Source: an uncultured Candidatus Saccharibacteria bacterium
GTDB taxonomy: Bacteria > Patescibacteriota > Dojkabacteria > J137
NCBI GenBank assembly: GCA_965230975.1
Contig: OZ246402.1
Coordinates: 800,859-864,858 of the forward strand
Length of the DNA: 64,000 nucleotides
Direction: 5' to 3'
Shown: positions 1 through 9,275 of the stretch, in pieces
How the letters are laid out: the number at the start of each line of letters is the position of its first letter
How positions within the stretch are numbered: the stretch's first letter is position 1
The notes under the pieces: generated by a model
Seen by the model: only the letters and a program-made list of their open reading frames with translations
Told to the model about the DNA's origin: nothing
The model's database searches: none
Made by a program: the position numbers and the translations under genes

Positions 1-13
1 ATCAAAAATTAAT

Positions 14-895
14 ATGCTAACTCAGATTTATATTGACACTGGAAGTATGACATCTGATGCTCTTTTTGAAACGGGAAAATGGAAAAGATCTTATTTAAAC
101 GGAAATGATTTAATTTTAAACAACCAGCAACTTCCAGAAAAAGCTAAAACAAAGTCTGAAATTTTGAACTATATTTCAAACCTATCATTACAAATCAATA
201 ACATTTCAAGGCTTTTAGATGGTGGAGAATTGATATACTCACTTAGCAGCATAAATAGTTATACTTTAAAGCTTTTAGCAGAAGATGATTCTAGCGTAAA
301 AGGGTTTTACGATGAAAGATTTATAAATAATGAAGAAGCATTATTAATTGAAATATCCGCAATTAAGAAATCTAGAAACGAGGCAAGACAAAAAAATATA
401 TCTTTAAACCTTTCAGGTATTAGAAATTATTCTAATCTAATGAAAATAAAGAGAATAATATCTTCGGAAGGGTTAAGAAGATCGCCAAGCTTTAAAATGT
501 TTGCAGAGTTAAGCATAACATCCTTTGCATTTGATATAGATCAAATTGATTCAGATGATGTTGATGGCATAATAATAGATTTAGATGGATTTATAAAAAA
601 CTCTACCTTGAAAACAACTCTATTAGAAAAAGACTATTTATCTACAATAGAGCAACTAAAGAAAGTTAAACAAATAGCAAAAGAAAAAAAACTTACTTTA
701 GGTGTAAGACTAGAATCAGAATTACCCAACAATGTATTTAAAGAAGTTATTTTATTACAACCAACAATCTTAATAGCTTCATTTAAGTTAAATGATAATC
801 ATATTCAGCTTATTAAAGATACTGAAAAGGAGTTTTTTGAAAACATGCTTGTTCCACTGAATAAAAGAGGGAGAAAAATCAAAAAGCTATTTTAA
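14..895 (+). CDS. hypothetical protein (start may lie upstream of the window)
   Basis: 293-codon ORF. There is no in-frame stop between the window edge and the ATG at 14. I recognise no motif. Confidence 0.45.
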   Translation: MLTQIYIDTGSMTSDALFETGKWKRSYLNGNDLILNNQQLPEKAKTKSEILNYISNLSLQINNISRLLDGGELIYSLSSINSYTLKLLAEDDSSVKGFYDERFINNEEALLIEISAIKKSRNEARQKNISLNLSGIRNYSNLMKIKRIISSEGLRRSPSFKMFAELSITSFAFDIDQIDSDDVDGIIIDLDGFIKNSTLKTTLLEKDYLSTIEQLKKVKQIAKEKKLTLGVRLESELPNNVFKEVILLQPTILIASFKLNDNHIQLIKDTEKEFFENMLVPLNKRGRKIKKLF

Positions 896-934
896 GCATT
901 AAATGTTTAGTAAACAGTACTAAAGTTTTATAAG

Positions 935-2176
935 CTATTCATATCTAAGGGCATCTATTGGGTTTAACCTAGCAGCCTTTAAAGCAGGGTACAAACCAAA
1001 CACAATTCCAATAAAACTAGATACTCCAACAGCTAGTAAAATTGAATCTATAGTAATAACACCTTCAAAGCCTAGTGCCTGACTTGCTAAGCTACTTATT
1101 AAAAACCCTATTACTATTCCAAAAACTCCACCAATCACTGTTAATAATAAAGCCTCTGTTAAAAATTGAACTAGAATATCAAAAGTTTTTGCCCCAACTG
1201 CTTTTCTTAAACCAATTTCCCTGGTTCTTTCAGTTACAGATACAAGCATAATGTTCATTATGCCAATTCCACCAACCAACAAAGATATTGCCGCTATACC
1301 AGATAAAAGAGCTGTTAAAACTCCTGTAATTTGACCGGCAACTGAAAGTAAATCTTGTGGAGTAATAATACTAAAGTCTGCAGATTCTGAACTTTCAATT
1401 TGGTGATTCTTTAATAGAATGTCTGTTATTTGCGTTTTAGCTTGTTCAATTTTATCTTCTGAAACAGCTGTTAAAATAAATGAATTGTAGTATTTTGTAT
1501 CAATTAAATCTAGTGCTACATAATCTGGAATAAACACGCTGTAGTTAGGGGTATTTGCAGAGAAATTACTTTCGGGTTCCTCTTCTAAAACTCCAACAAC
1601 GTTAAATTCCGTGCCTCTTATATTTACAGTTTGATTAAGAGGATCTTCTTCTATAAAAAGTTCTTTTGCAACTTTTGACCCTAAAATTGCACTGTAAGAT
1701 TCACGGGTATTATATACGCTACCACTAATAATATTTAAATTTGAAATTAAAAAATATTTTGGAGAAACACCCACCACAGTAGATAAAAGCTCTTTATCGT
1801 TGTATTTAATATTGGCATTAGTAGTTAGCGAACCCGCTACTTCAGATACAAATTCTTTATCAAAAGTAAGAGATTCTAAAGAAGTTAAATCATCTTTTGT
1901 TAAAGATTGAGTTTGGCCAAATTGCCTGGGTGCATTAGATTGCCCACTAGCAAAATTGCTTGCTCTAGAAAATCCACTGCCAGAAACAACGTTTAATCTA
2001 GAAGAACCTAAAGAACTTATTTCACCTTTAATTTCTTGCTGAACACCATTACCTAAAGCAACTAAACCAATCACAGAACCAATACCTATTATTATTCCTA
2101 AAGTTGTTAAAAAACTTCTGGCTTTATTTGCAAAAATAGATATTAAGGATTGTTTTATTAATTTAAAAAATTTCAT
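935..2176 (-). CDS. ABC transporter permease, MacB/FtsX family
   Basis: N-terminal TM helix, a large extracytoplasmic domain, and a C-terminal FtsX-type TM bundle ending ...ARLNPIDALRYE. The start overlaps the stop of the upstream ATPase gene (ATGA). Confidence 0.85.
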   Translation of the reverse strand: MKFFKLIKQSLISIFANKARSFLTTLGIIIGIGSVIGLVALGNGVQQEIKGEISSLGSSRLNVVSGSGFSRASNFASGQSNAPRQFGQTQSLTKDDLTSLESLTFDKEFVSEVAGSLTTNANIKYNDKELLSTVVGVSPKYFLISNLNIISGSVYNTRESYSAILGSKVAKELFIEEDPLNQTVNIRGTEFNVVGVLEEEPESNFSANTPNYSVFIPDYVALDLIDTKYYNSFILTAVSEDKIEQAKTQITDILLKNHQIESSESADFSIITPQDLLSVAGQITGVLTALLSGIAAISLLVGGIGIMNIMLVSVTERTREIGLRKAVGAKTFDILVQFLTEALLLTVIGGVFGIVIGFLISSLASQALGFEGVITIDSILLAVGVSSFIGIVFGLYPALKAARLNPIDALRYE

Positions 2177-2856
2177 AATTTTGTTTCATCACTAATAATT
2201 ACTCCGTCTTTAAGTATAATTTTTCTATTTGCATATTGTGCAATCTCATCTTCATGGGTAATCAATATCACCGTGCGCCCTTCTTCATTAATTTCTATAA
2301 ATAAATCCATAATCTCCTTACTTCTTTTAGAGTCTAAATTGCCGGTAGGCTCATCTGCCAAAACGATAGAAGGGTTCATAATTAACGCCCTAGCAATTGC
2401 TACTCTTTGAATTTGACCACCAGAGAGTTGATTGCTTTTATTTCTTGTTTTCTCTTTTAAACCGACTTTTTCTATAAGCTTTTTAGCTTCTGTAACTGTA
2501 TTCTTTTTAGTACCGTAAATAGTTGGTAATAATACATTATCTATAACAGAAGTTCTTGCAAGCAAATTAAATTGTTGAAAAACAAATCCAATTTCTTGAT
2601 TTCGAATTTTTGCTTGATCAGATCCTTTCAATCGACTGACGTTTTTGCCATTTAGTTTGTAAGTACCTGAAGTAGGTTTATCAAGTAAGCCCAATATGTG
2701 CATTAAGGTGGATTTACCAGATCCAGACGGCCCCATAATGGCTACAAACTCACCTTCGTTGATTTGCAAGTTTAAATCTTTAATAGCAAATGTTGTTTCA
2801 CCACCATTTTTATAAGATTTTGACAAATTATTTATTTCTATTAACGGATTTGGCAT
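2173..2856 (-). CDS. ABC transporter ATP-binding protein (MacB/LolD-like)
   Basis: Walker A GPSGSGKST, signature LSGGQIQR, Walker B VLADEPTGNLD, H-loop LITHE. Confidence 0.9.
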   Translation of the reverse strand: MPNPLIEINNLSKSYKNGGETTFAIKDLNLQINEGEFVAIMGPSGSGKSTLMHILGLLDKPTSGTYKLNGKNVSRLKGSDQAKIRNQEIGFVFQQFNLLARTSVIDNVLLPTIYGTKKNTVTEAKKLIEKVGLKEKTRNKSNQLSGGQIQRVAIARALIMNPSIVLADEPTGNLDSKRSKEIMDLFIEINEEGRTVILITHEDEIAQYANRKIILKDGVIISDETKL

Positions 2857-2998
2857 TAAGTATGATTTTCAAATTTAGACAATTAAATATAATATCATAG
2901 TTTTGTTTAATAAATTTAGCTAATGGACTTAATTTGCAAATTAGGCACTATATATCATTTATAGATTAAAACACCCTTAAAATGTTATAATATAAGGT

Positions 2999-3871
2999 AT
3001 GAATCTAACAAAAGAGCAACAAAATACCTTTATAATGATTACTACTATCTTAATAGTAAGTTTAATTACATTTATTGCAATTTTTAACATTATCTGGGGT
3101 ATTGTGGCACAACCTTTAAACGATGCATTGGGTTCTGTATCCTATTTTCTAAGAACTCAAAATGTAGATTATAACTTTGAAGTTCCAGCAAGTAATAATA
3201 CTCAAGTACAAATAATACAAGAAGATACAAAAGTTTCAGATCAAAATAATACTGCGACTACGGTGCAACAACAATCAGAAAACTATCAAAATGTTACACC
3301 AATTTCAGATGAAGAGGTTAAATCAGAACAACCAAACATAGAAGTTAACTATAACTTTGCTGTGCCAGCTGTTAATACAAACAATGCCGCAATAAACTTT
3401 GAAAGCTATCCAGATGCAATTCTTACAGACGCCATGTTAGCGGGTTATGGATCCGGGTCTGGAACACCTCAAGTAAATTTACAGATTATTATTCCAAAGA
3501 TAGGAGTAAACAGTCCTGTTCTTCAAGGGTTAGGTGCAGATGATTTACTAGAAAGAGGTTTTTGGACGTATCCAGGATCTTATACTTTGGGTGAGGGTGA
3601 AGTTGTAATGTTGTGTCACAGAAGATATTTTGGACCATACGACCCAAGAAGTTGTTGGTTTTTAGATAAAGTTGCAAAAGGTGACGAGATTATAATGAAG
3701 TACGCAGATGTATCTTTAAAATATGAGATTGTAGGGGTTAATGTATTTGATGCAAATGATCCACTAATCTATTCAATTTCTGATACCGATGATTACATTA
3801 AAATAGTAACTTGCACACCTCTATATTCAAATACTCAAAGATTAGTAGTTTTAGCAAAAAGAGCGAATTAA
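2999..3871 (+). CDS. sortase-family transpeptidase, membrane anchored
   Basis: N-terminal TM helix. His in VMLCHRRYFG, catalytic Cys in IKIVTCTP (TLxTC-like), Arg in QRLVVLAKR. Confidence 0.75.
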   Translation: MNLTKEQQNTFIMITTILIVSLITFIAIFNIIWGIVAQPLNDALGSVSYFLRTQNVDYNFEVPASNNTQVQIIQEDTKVSDQNNTATTVQQQSENYQNVTPISDEEVKSEQPNIEVNYNFAVPAVNTNNAAINFESYPDAILTDAMLAGYGSGSGTPQVNLQIIIPKIGVNSPVLQGLGADDLLERGFWTYPGSYTLGEGEVVMLCHRRYFGPYDPRSCWFLDKVAKGDEIIMKYADVSLKYEIVGVNVFDANDPLIYSISDTDDYIKIVTCTPLYSNTQRLVVLAKRAN

Positions 3872-3912
3872 ATTGCCTTTACCCAAGTAGATATTCCTTG
3901 TATTATAATAAA

Positions 3913-4584
3913 GTGAATATTTTTCGACTTAGCAACTTAAACATAAAGCTAATTGCCATTTTAATGGCTTCTTTTGTATTGGGCACATCAATTTTAACTC
4001 TATTCACATCCAACTATTACTTACATGCAGACCAGTTAGAAATACTAAATGGACTTTCATTAAGTAGCAATGTTAAAAGCGATCTTCAATTGCAAACGAT
4101 CAAAGTTTTAAATATAGAATCTACAATTCAAGCAAAAGACAATAGAGGATTTGTTTTAGACCAATATTTTCAAAAATACAACTCTCCTTTATTTGGCTAT
4201 GGCAATGTTTTTGTAAAAGCATGTGACCAGTATCAAGCCCCAGAAGACTGCATAACTGTTGCTGCAATTGCTAAACACGAAACCAATTTGTGTACTTACC
4301 CTCACTCAGCAGATATGTTTAACTGTTGGGGTTTTGGAGGTGGCGGAACAAATAGAATAAAATTCTCATCATTTGAAGAATCTATTTTTAGGGTAACAAA
4401 AGTTTTGGCACAACAATATGGAAGGAAATATATGATTGACCCGGAGTTAATGGAAAAAACCTTTTGTGGAACAGAAGACCCCCTATGTGCTGGCTGGGGT
4501 GACAGAGTAAAAATAATTATGAAAGAAATTAACGATTTCTCAATTAGTTTGAATATGGGAGATTTATTTAGTTTAAGAAGATAA
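3913..4584 (+). CDS. membrane-anchored/secreted hypothetical protein, Cys-rich
   Basis: The ORF track starts at TTG 3811, which overlaps the sortase gene. GTG 3913 gives a basic N-terminus plus a TM helix, and ATG 3964 is also possible. The AIAKHETN segment only weakly resembles lysozyme-like folds. Confidence 0.5.
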   Translation: MNIFRLSNLNIKLIAILMASFVLGTSILTLFTSNYYLHADQLEILNGLSLSSNVKSDLQLQTIKVLNIESTIQAKDNRGFVLDQYFQKYNSPLFGYGNVFVKACDQYQAPEDCITVAAIAKHETNLCTYPHSADMFNCWGFGGGGTNRIKFSSFEESIFRVTKVLAQQYGRKYMIDPELMEKTFCGTEDPLCAGWGDRVKIIMKEINDFSISLNMGDLFSLRR

Positions 4585-4588
4585 TTTT

Positions 4589-6322
4589 ATGGATGGGTCA
4601 CTACTTTCATTAAGAGATGTTTCAATTATACTAATAACTGGCTCAATTGCCGGCTATATAAGTTTAAGATTAAAGCTCCCAACTATAATAGGCTACATTT
4701 TGGCTGGTGTTTTGCTTTCAATAATACTGCCTTTATTAAACATTACTGGTGGTTTAAATTCTAATTTTGTAGGGCAAATTGCCAGTTTTGGGGTAGCCTT
4801 ACTATTGTTTGCTGCTGGTATAGAATTTTCGGTAAATAATATTAAGAGTATTAAAAACCTGGTTATATTTGGAGTATTGGCTCAAACATTGCTAACTATA
4901 GTATTTGGAATTATATTTATGCCGCTTTTTGGGTTAAGCTCTTACGAAAGTTTATTTGTTGGAGTAGTTGCCGCAACCAGTTCAACAGCATTCGTTTTAA
5001 AAATGCTAGAACAAAACGAAGAGATATCATCTACTGCAAGCAATATAATGATTGGATGGTTAATTGTGCAAGATATTCTTGGAATTGCTTTGTTTTTAAT
5101 ATTAAAAAGTTTTGCTCCAGGTAATACTATAAATATTGTTACACTTGCAGACCCAATTATAAAAAGTCTTTTACTTATAGTTTTAACGTTTACTATTGGT
5201 AAAGTAATAGTACCACCAATTTTCAGAGAAATTTCAAAAACAAGATCCCAAGAATTGTTATTAGTTTCTGTAATTGCTTTAAGTATTGGATTTGCTTTAC
5301 TATCAGAGGTTTTAGGGGTAAGTTATACTCTTGGAGCATTCCTTACTGGTTTAGCATTATCGGGTACTTTTTTAAAGCACGAAATTTTTACAGAAATAAA
5401 ACCCTTAAGAGATTTATTTTCAATGGTGTTTTTTGTTTCAATTGGATCATTATTAAATGTAAGCAGCATATTCAATAATATCCCTATTATTCTTGCGATA
5501 GTAGTTATTGTACTTGGCTTTAAAGTAGTAACTATATTCTTAGTAAATATATTCTTTAAAACCCACCCTAAAAACTCTGCAAAAGTAGCACTTGGGATTT
5601 CGCAAATTGGGGAGTTTGCATTCTTAGCAATTACAATTGCACAGCATAACAATTGGATCAATATAAATTTTTACTCTGTAATTTTGGTTTCCACAGTTAT
5701 TAGCATGACCCTAACTCCTATTTTATATAGCAATTACAGCACTTTGTTTAAGATTTCAGAAAAGATATTTAGCTCTTACTTTCCAGGTTTATATAGAAAA
5801 TACTATCTATCTAAGTTAAAGAGCTCTCAAAAAAGTGAGCTTTCAAATCATGTAATAATTGTTGGTTATGGAAAAGTTGGGAAATATGTTGCCGAGGCTT
5901 TGAATATTTCTAAAGAGGATTATGTTGTAATTGAATTAGATGCAAATTTAATAGAAAAGGCTATTAGCGATAATCACAAGGTCATATTAGGAGATGCTAC
6001 AAACATAGATACTTTAAAAGAGGCAAAAATAGAATTTGCAAAAGCTTTGGTATTGGCATTACCTGAAAGTAATCATGAATTGTTACAAAAACTTATTTTA
6101 GATGTTAAAGATTTAAATAAAGAGATAGAAATAATAGTAAGATCTAGTAAAGTTGTAAATGATACAGATAACATATCTAGCGTTATAGAACCCGAATTTG
6201 AAGCAGCAGTTAGAATCATTTCTAAGATGGAGGGTATTATTAGCGAAAATAAATATAGTTTAGTAAGAAAAATAAGAGCAATAAGGCGAAAAGAGATTAA
6301 AGAAATACTTGAGAATAATTGA
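4589..6322 (+). CDS. cation:proton antiporter (CPA2/Kef-type) with C-terminal TrkA-N/RCK domain
   Basis: Roughly a dozen hydrophobic helices followed by the Rossmann motif VIIVGYGKVGKYV. Confidence 0.8.
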   Translation: MDGSLLSLRDVSIILITGSIAGYISLRLKLPTIIGYILAGVLLSIILPLLNITGGLNSNFVGQIASFGVALLLFAAGIEFSVNNIKSIKNLVIFGVLAQTLLTIVFGIIFMPLFGLSSYESLFVGVVAATSSTAFVLKMLEQNEEISSTASNIMIGWLIVQDILGIALFLILKSFAPGNTINIVTLADPIIKSLLLIVLTFTIGKVIVPPIFREISKTRSQELLLVSVIALSIGFALLSEVLGVSYTLGAFLTGLALSGTFLKHEIFTEIKPLRDLFSMVFFVSIGSLLNVSSIFNNIPIILAIVVIVLGFKVVTIFLVNIFFKTHPKNSAKVALGISQIGEFAFLAITIAQHNNWININFYSVILVSTVISMTLTPILYSNYSTLFKISEKIFSSYFPGLYRKYYLSKLKSSQKSELSNHVIIVGYGKVGKYVAEALNISKEDYVVIELDANLIEKAISDNHKVILGDATNIDTLKEAKIEFAKALVLALPESNHELLQKLILDVKDLNKEIEIIVRSSKVVNDTDNISSVIEPEFEAAVRIISKMEGIISENKYSLVRKIRAIRRKEIKEILENN

Positions 6323-6406
6323 TTTTCATCAAAGAAAGTCATATAATTCACCTGCTCTTAAAAATATCCAGATCTCTTTACTAATAACGTATTGAGTCAA
6401 AGTTAC

Positions 6407-6857
6407 GAGTTGGTAGCTCAGTGGTAGAGCAGTCCCGTTTTACGGGATTGGTCGGGTAAGTTGTAAAATGTTTCTGGGTGTACAAAATCATAGATTGTGT
6501 ACTAACCAAAAGCAAATTACTTTTTGCTTTCGGGGGTTGGTAGCTCAGTGGTAGAGCAGTCCCGTTTACGGGATTGGTCGGTCAAGTTCATTTATAAAGT
6601 TATGGGTTGGTAGCTCAGTGGTAGAGCAGTCCCGTTTTACGGGATTGGTCGGGTAAGTTGTAAAATGTTTCTGGGTGTACAAAATCATAGATTGTGTACT
6701 AACCAAAAGCAAATTACTTTTTGCTTTCGGGGGTTGGTAGCTCAGTGGTAGAGCAGTCCCGTTTTACGGGATTGGTCGGGTAAGTTGTAAAATGTTTCTG
6801 GGTGTACAAAATCATAGATTGTGTACTAACCAAAAGCAAATTACTTTTTGCTTTCGG
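6407..6857 (+). repeat. tandem array of four truncated tRNA-Lys-like 5' parts, each followed by a conserved spacer
   Basis: Units start at 6407, 6534, 6604 and 6731. Three are 127 nt (50 nt of tRNA positions 1 to ~52 ending GGTCGGG, then an identical 77-nt spacer). Unit 2 is a 70-nt deletion variant. Confidence 0.9.
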
Positions 6858-6929
6858 GGGTTGGTAGCTCAGTGGTAGAGCAGTGGCCTTTTAAGCCATT
6901 GGTCGGGGGTTCGAATCCCCCCCAACTCA
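6858..6929 (+). tRNA. tRNA-Lys (anticodon UUU), no encoded CCA
   Basis: Hand-folded cloverleaf: acceptor GGGTTGG/CCAACTC, D arm GCTC-AGTGGTA-GAGC, anticodon arm GTGGC-CTTTTAA-GCCAT, T arm GGGGG-TTCGAAT-CCCCC. Confidence 0.9.
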
Positions 6930-6951
6930 CTTTTCTTCATTTCAAAATCTC

Positions 6952-7206
6952 ATGTATTACGTTTATATTCTTTATTCTAAGTCTATAGATAAATATTATA
7001 TAGGTTATACCTCAAACCTTGAACTTAGAATAGCTCAACATAATTCTGGATTTCATAAATCAAAGTTTACAAGAAAAAACTCATCTGACTGGGATTTAGT
7101 TTATCAAGAAAAATTTAATTCTAAATCTAAAGCCATCATTAGGGAAAAGGAGATCAAATCTTTTAAAAGTAGGTCTTACATTCAATCACTAATAAAGAAT
7201 CTGTAG
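6952..7206 (+). CDS. GIY-YIG nuclease family protein (small, URI-domain only)
   Basis: YVYILYS (GIY), KYYIGYT (YIG), conserved Arg in LELRIAQHN, Glu in IREKEIK. The size of 84 aa is typical of stand-alone GIY-YIG proteins. Confidence 0.85.
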   Translation: MYYVYILYSKSIDKYYIGYTSNLELRIAQHNSGFHKSKFTRKNSSDWDLVYQEKFNSKSKAIIREKEIKSFKSRSYIQSLIKNL

Positions 7207-7257
7207 AGAAGTCCCGTTTTACGGGATTGGTCGGGGGTTCGAATCCCCCCCAACTCA
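7203..7257 (+). pseudogene. 3' fragment of a tRNA-Lys-like gene (D-arm 3' strand to discriminator)
   Basis: GTAGAGAAGTCCCGTTTTACGGGATTGGTCGGGGGTTCGAATCCCCCCCAACTCA. It has the same variant anticodon arm as the upstream 5' fragments and lacks the acceptor 5' strand. Confidence 0.85.
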
Positions 7258-7358
7258 CTTATAGTCAATTCTCCTTTAGTAATTTAAAAACAGCTTAGTG
7301 TAACTTCAAATCTACAAAAATAAAGTTTAGAATAGATCTATAACTTTTAGATCTCGTT

Positions 7359-8126
7359 ATGAACGAATATGCTTTAATTACCGGAGCGTCAAGTGGAATT
7401 GGATTAGCGTTAGCTTATGAATTTGCAAGTAAAGGTCATAATTTAGTCCTTGTTGCAAGGACTGAAGATACACTCAAAGAAGTTGCAAAAGCATTAGAAT
7501 CGCAATATGCAATTAAAACAGTAATTATCCCCAAAGATTTAAGTAAACCCGAATCGGCAATCCAATTATTTAAAGATATTGAAAAGCAGAATATATACAT
7601 TAAATACTTAGTTAACAATGCAGGAATTGGAGTTGGAGGCAAATATTTAGAATCTAGTATGGAAGATAATGTAAACTTAGTAAATCTCAATATAATTAAC
7701 TTAATAGAACTTACTCACTTATTTGCCAAGAAAATGCTTGCTACGAATGGCGGGAAAGTATTGAATGTTGCATCAATCGCTGCATTTTTTCCTGGGCCAT
7801 ATTTATCTACATACTATGCATCTAAAGCATTTGTATTAAGCTTTACAGAAGGATTAGCTGCAGAATATTCAAACTCTAACGTTACATTTACTGCACTATG
7901 CCCAGGTTTAACAGAATCTAACTTTGGGAAAAGAGCAGGGGTTGAGAAATCAAGCTTTTGGACACAAAAGAAAATGAGTGCCGAAGAAGTAGCAAAAATT
8001 GGGTACAGCGCTATGCAAGCTGGGAAAACTATAATAATTCCAGGTCTAAGTAATAGAATATTTGTAAGCATTGCTAAAAGAATTCCTAGAGCTTTATTAG
8101 CTCAATTTATTAAAAAACTTTTTTAA
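7359..8126 (+). CDS. short-chain dehydrogenase/reductase (SDR)
   Basis: TGASSGIG cofactor motif, NNAG, catalytic YxxxK (YYASK). Confidence 0.85.
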   Translation: MNEYALITGASSGIGLALAYEFASKGHNLVLVARTEDTLKEVAKALESQYAIKTVIIPKDLSKPESAIQLFKDIEKQNIYIKYLVNNAGIGVGGKYLESSMEDNVNLVNLNIINLIELTHLFAKKMLATNGGKVLNVASIAAFFPGPYLSTYYASKAFVLSFTEGLAAEYSNSNVTFTALCPGLTESNFGKRAGVEKSSFWTQKKMSAEEVAKIGYSAMQAGKTIIIPGLSNRIFVSIAKRIPRALLAQFIKKLF

Positions 8127-8127
8127 T

Positions 8128-9051
8128 ATGAAAAAACTGCTATTAATATCACTTGCAGTAATCTTATTGATAATATTAAGCTTTATTCTAAAGCCTAGTT
8201 CTTCTACCAAAACTCTATTTGGAATTGTTGGATACACACCTGTTGGGTTCCCAAATGCAGGTGTAGAAGAAATGAGCCAATACTTTAAAGATATTAATCA
8301 GTATTCAAACGTTTATGGAATTAATTCAGAGTTAACAGAGGCAGAACAGCTTGCTGCGCTTTTTACCAGAAATATTAGCAAACCACTTATTTTGGTTTTA
8401 GGATACAAAGACGTGAGTTCTACAGAAAAGATAATTAATATATTAAAAGAGAATCCCAATGTTAAGTATTTAGGATTGGGGAATGAAGTTAATTTAATAT
8501 TTAAAGAAGATGAAACTTTGTTTGATTCGTATTTAGCAAATTACCTCAGCTCTTACGACAAGATTAAAGCCATAAACAATCATGTGAAGATATTTCCTGT
8601 ATTTCAATATGAAGCTCTTATTGGCAAAGGAAAGATAATGGGTGGTGAGAATCAAAGTAACATTGAACTTATTAATAGATTTGCTAAAAAGATTGATCTT
8701 ATTGGGCTAACACTTTACCCACATTTTGATTATGCAACTCCACAAGATATTCCAACAAACTACTTTGAAGATATACTCAGGTTTAACTTACCAATTGGTG
8801 TTACAGAAACAAGTTGGCCATCTAGTGTAAATGCATTTTCAGGTGATTTAGCTTATTTAAATACAACAACACAAGAGCAAAAAGATTATGTTGGCTGGAT
8901 AAATATGCAAGATAAAAATAAATTTGAATTTATTAACTGGTTGTTTTTAAACGATATAGATCAAAACAATCAAGCATTTAAAGGTAGTGCATTAAGGGAT
9001 AAAAATGGTATTTCAAAACCATCATTTGACGAGTGGATTAAGTTAAAATAA
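8128..9051 (+). CDS. secreted glycoside hydrolase, clan GH-A (GH5-like) TIM barrel
   Basis: Signal anchor. GLGNEVN is a candidate acid/base Asn-Glu and GVTETSW a candidate nucleophile Glu, at the expected spacing. Confidence 0.55.
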   Translation: MKKLLLISLAVILLIILSFILKPSSSTKTLFGIVGYTPVGFPNAGVEEMSQYFKDINQYSNVYGINSELTEAEQLAALFTRNISKPLILVLGYKDVSSTEKIINILKENPNVKYLGLGNEVNLIFKEDETLFDSYLANYLSSYDKIKAINNHVKIFPVFQYEALIGKGKIMGGENQSNIELINRFAKKIDLIGLTLYPHFDYATPQDIPTNYFEDILRFNLPIGVTETSWPSSVNAFSGDLAYLNTTTQEQKDYVGWINMQDKNKFEFINWLFLNDIDQNNQAFKGSALRDKNGISKPSFDEWIKLK

Positions 9052-9119
9052 ACTATACAAAATATTGAGAAATACCTTCTATAGGCTTATTTTAAGTGAT
9101 ATAATTCGTGGCATGTTTG

Positions 9120-9194
9120 GGGTTTGTAGCTCAGTGGTAGAGCAGTCGCCTCTTAAGCGATTGGTCGAGGGTTCGAATCCCTCCAAGCCCACCA
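9120..9194 (+). tRNA. tRNA-Lys (anticodon CUU), CCA encoded
   Basis: Acceptor GGGTTTG/CAAGCCC, anticodon arm GTCGC-CTCTTAA-GCGAT, T loop TTCGAAT, 3' ACCA. Confidence 0.9.
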
Positions 9195-9275
9195 TAATGT
9201 TCTTTAAAGAGTTTTAAGTTATAAGTTTTGATGGTAAAATCAAAGCGTTCTAAAATCTTAGAACATACACTACAT

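Larger units (their letters stand above)
6898..7260 (+). mobile_element. GIY-YIG mini-cassette bounded by 35-bp direct repeats derived from the tRNA 3' portion
   Basis: ATTGGTCGGGGGTTCGAATCCCCCCCAACTCACTT occurs at 6898-6932 (the end of the intact tRNA-Lys) and again at 7226-7260. The only gene between the two copies is the GIY-YIG ORF. Confidence 0.5.

Noticed and set aside
3811-3912. TTG start proposed by the ORF track for the gene after the sortase. Analogous TTG/GTG starts appear at 35268, 33447, 48578 and 18287.
   Set aside because: These upstream extensions overlap the preceding gene or add non-hydrophobic residues before an obvious signal anchor. Downstream ATG or GTG codons give canonical N-termini or align with paralogs.
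6407-6929. Regularly spaced ~50-nt repeats that a CRISPR finder might flag.
   Set aside because: The repeats are tRNA 5' portions and the intervening 77-nt spacers are identical to each other. There are no cas genes in the window. This is a tandem duplication, not a CRISPR array.
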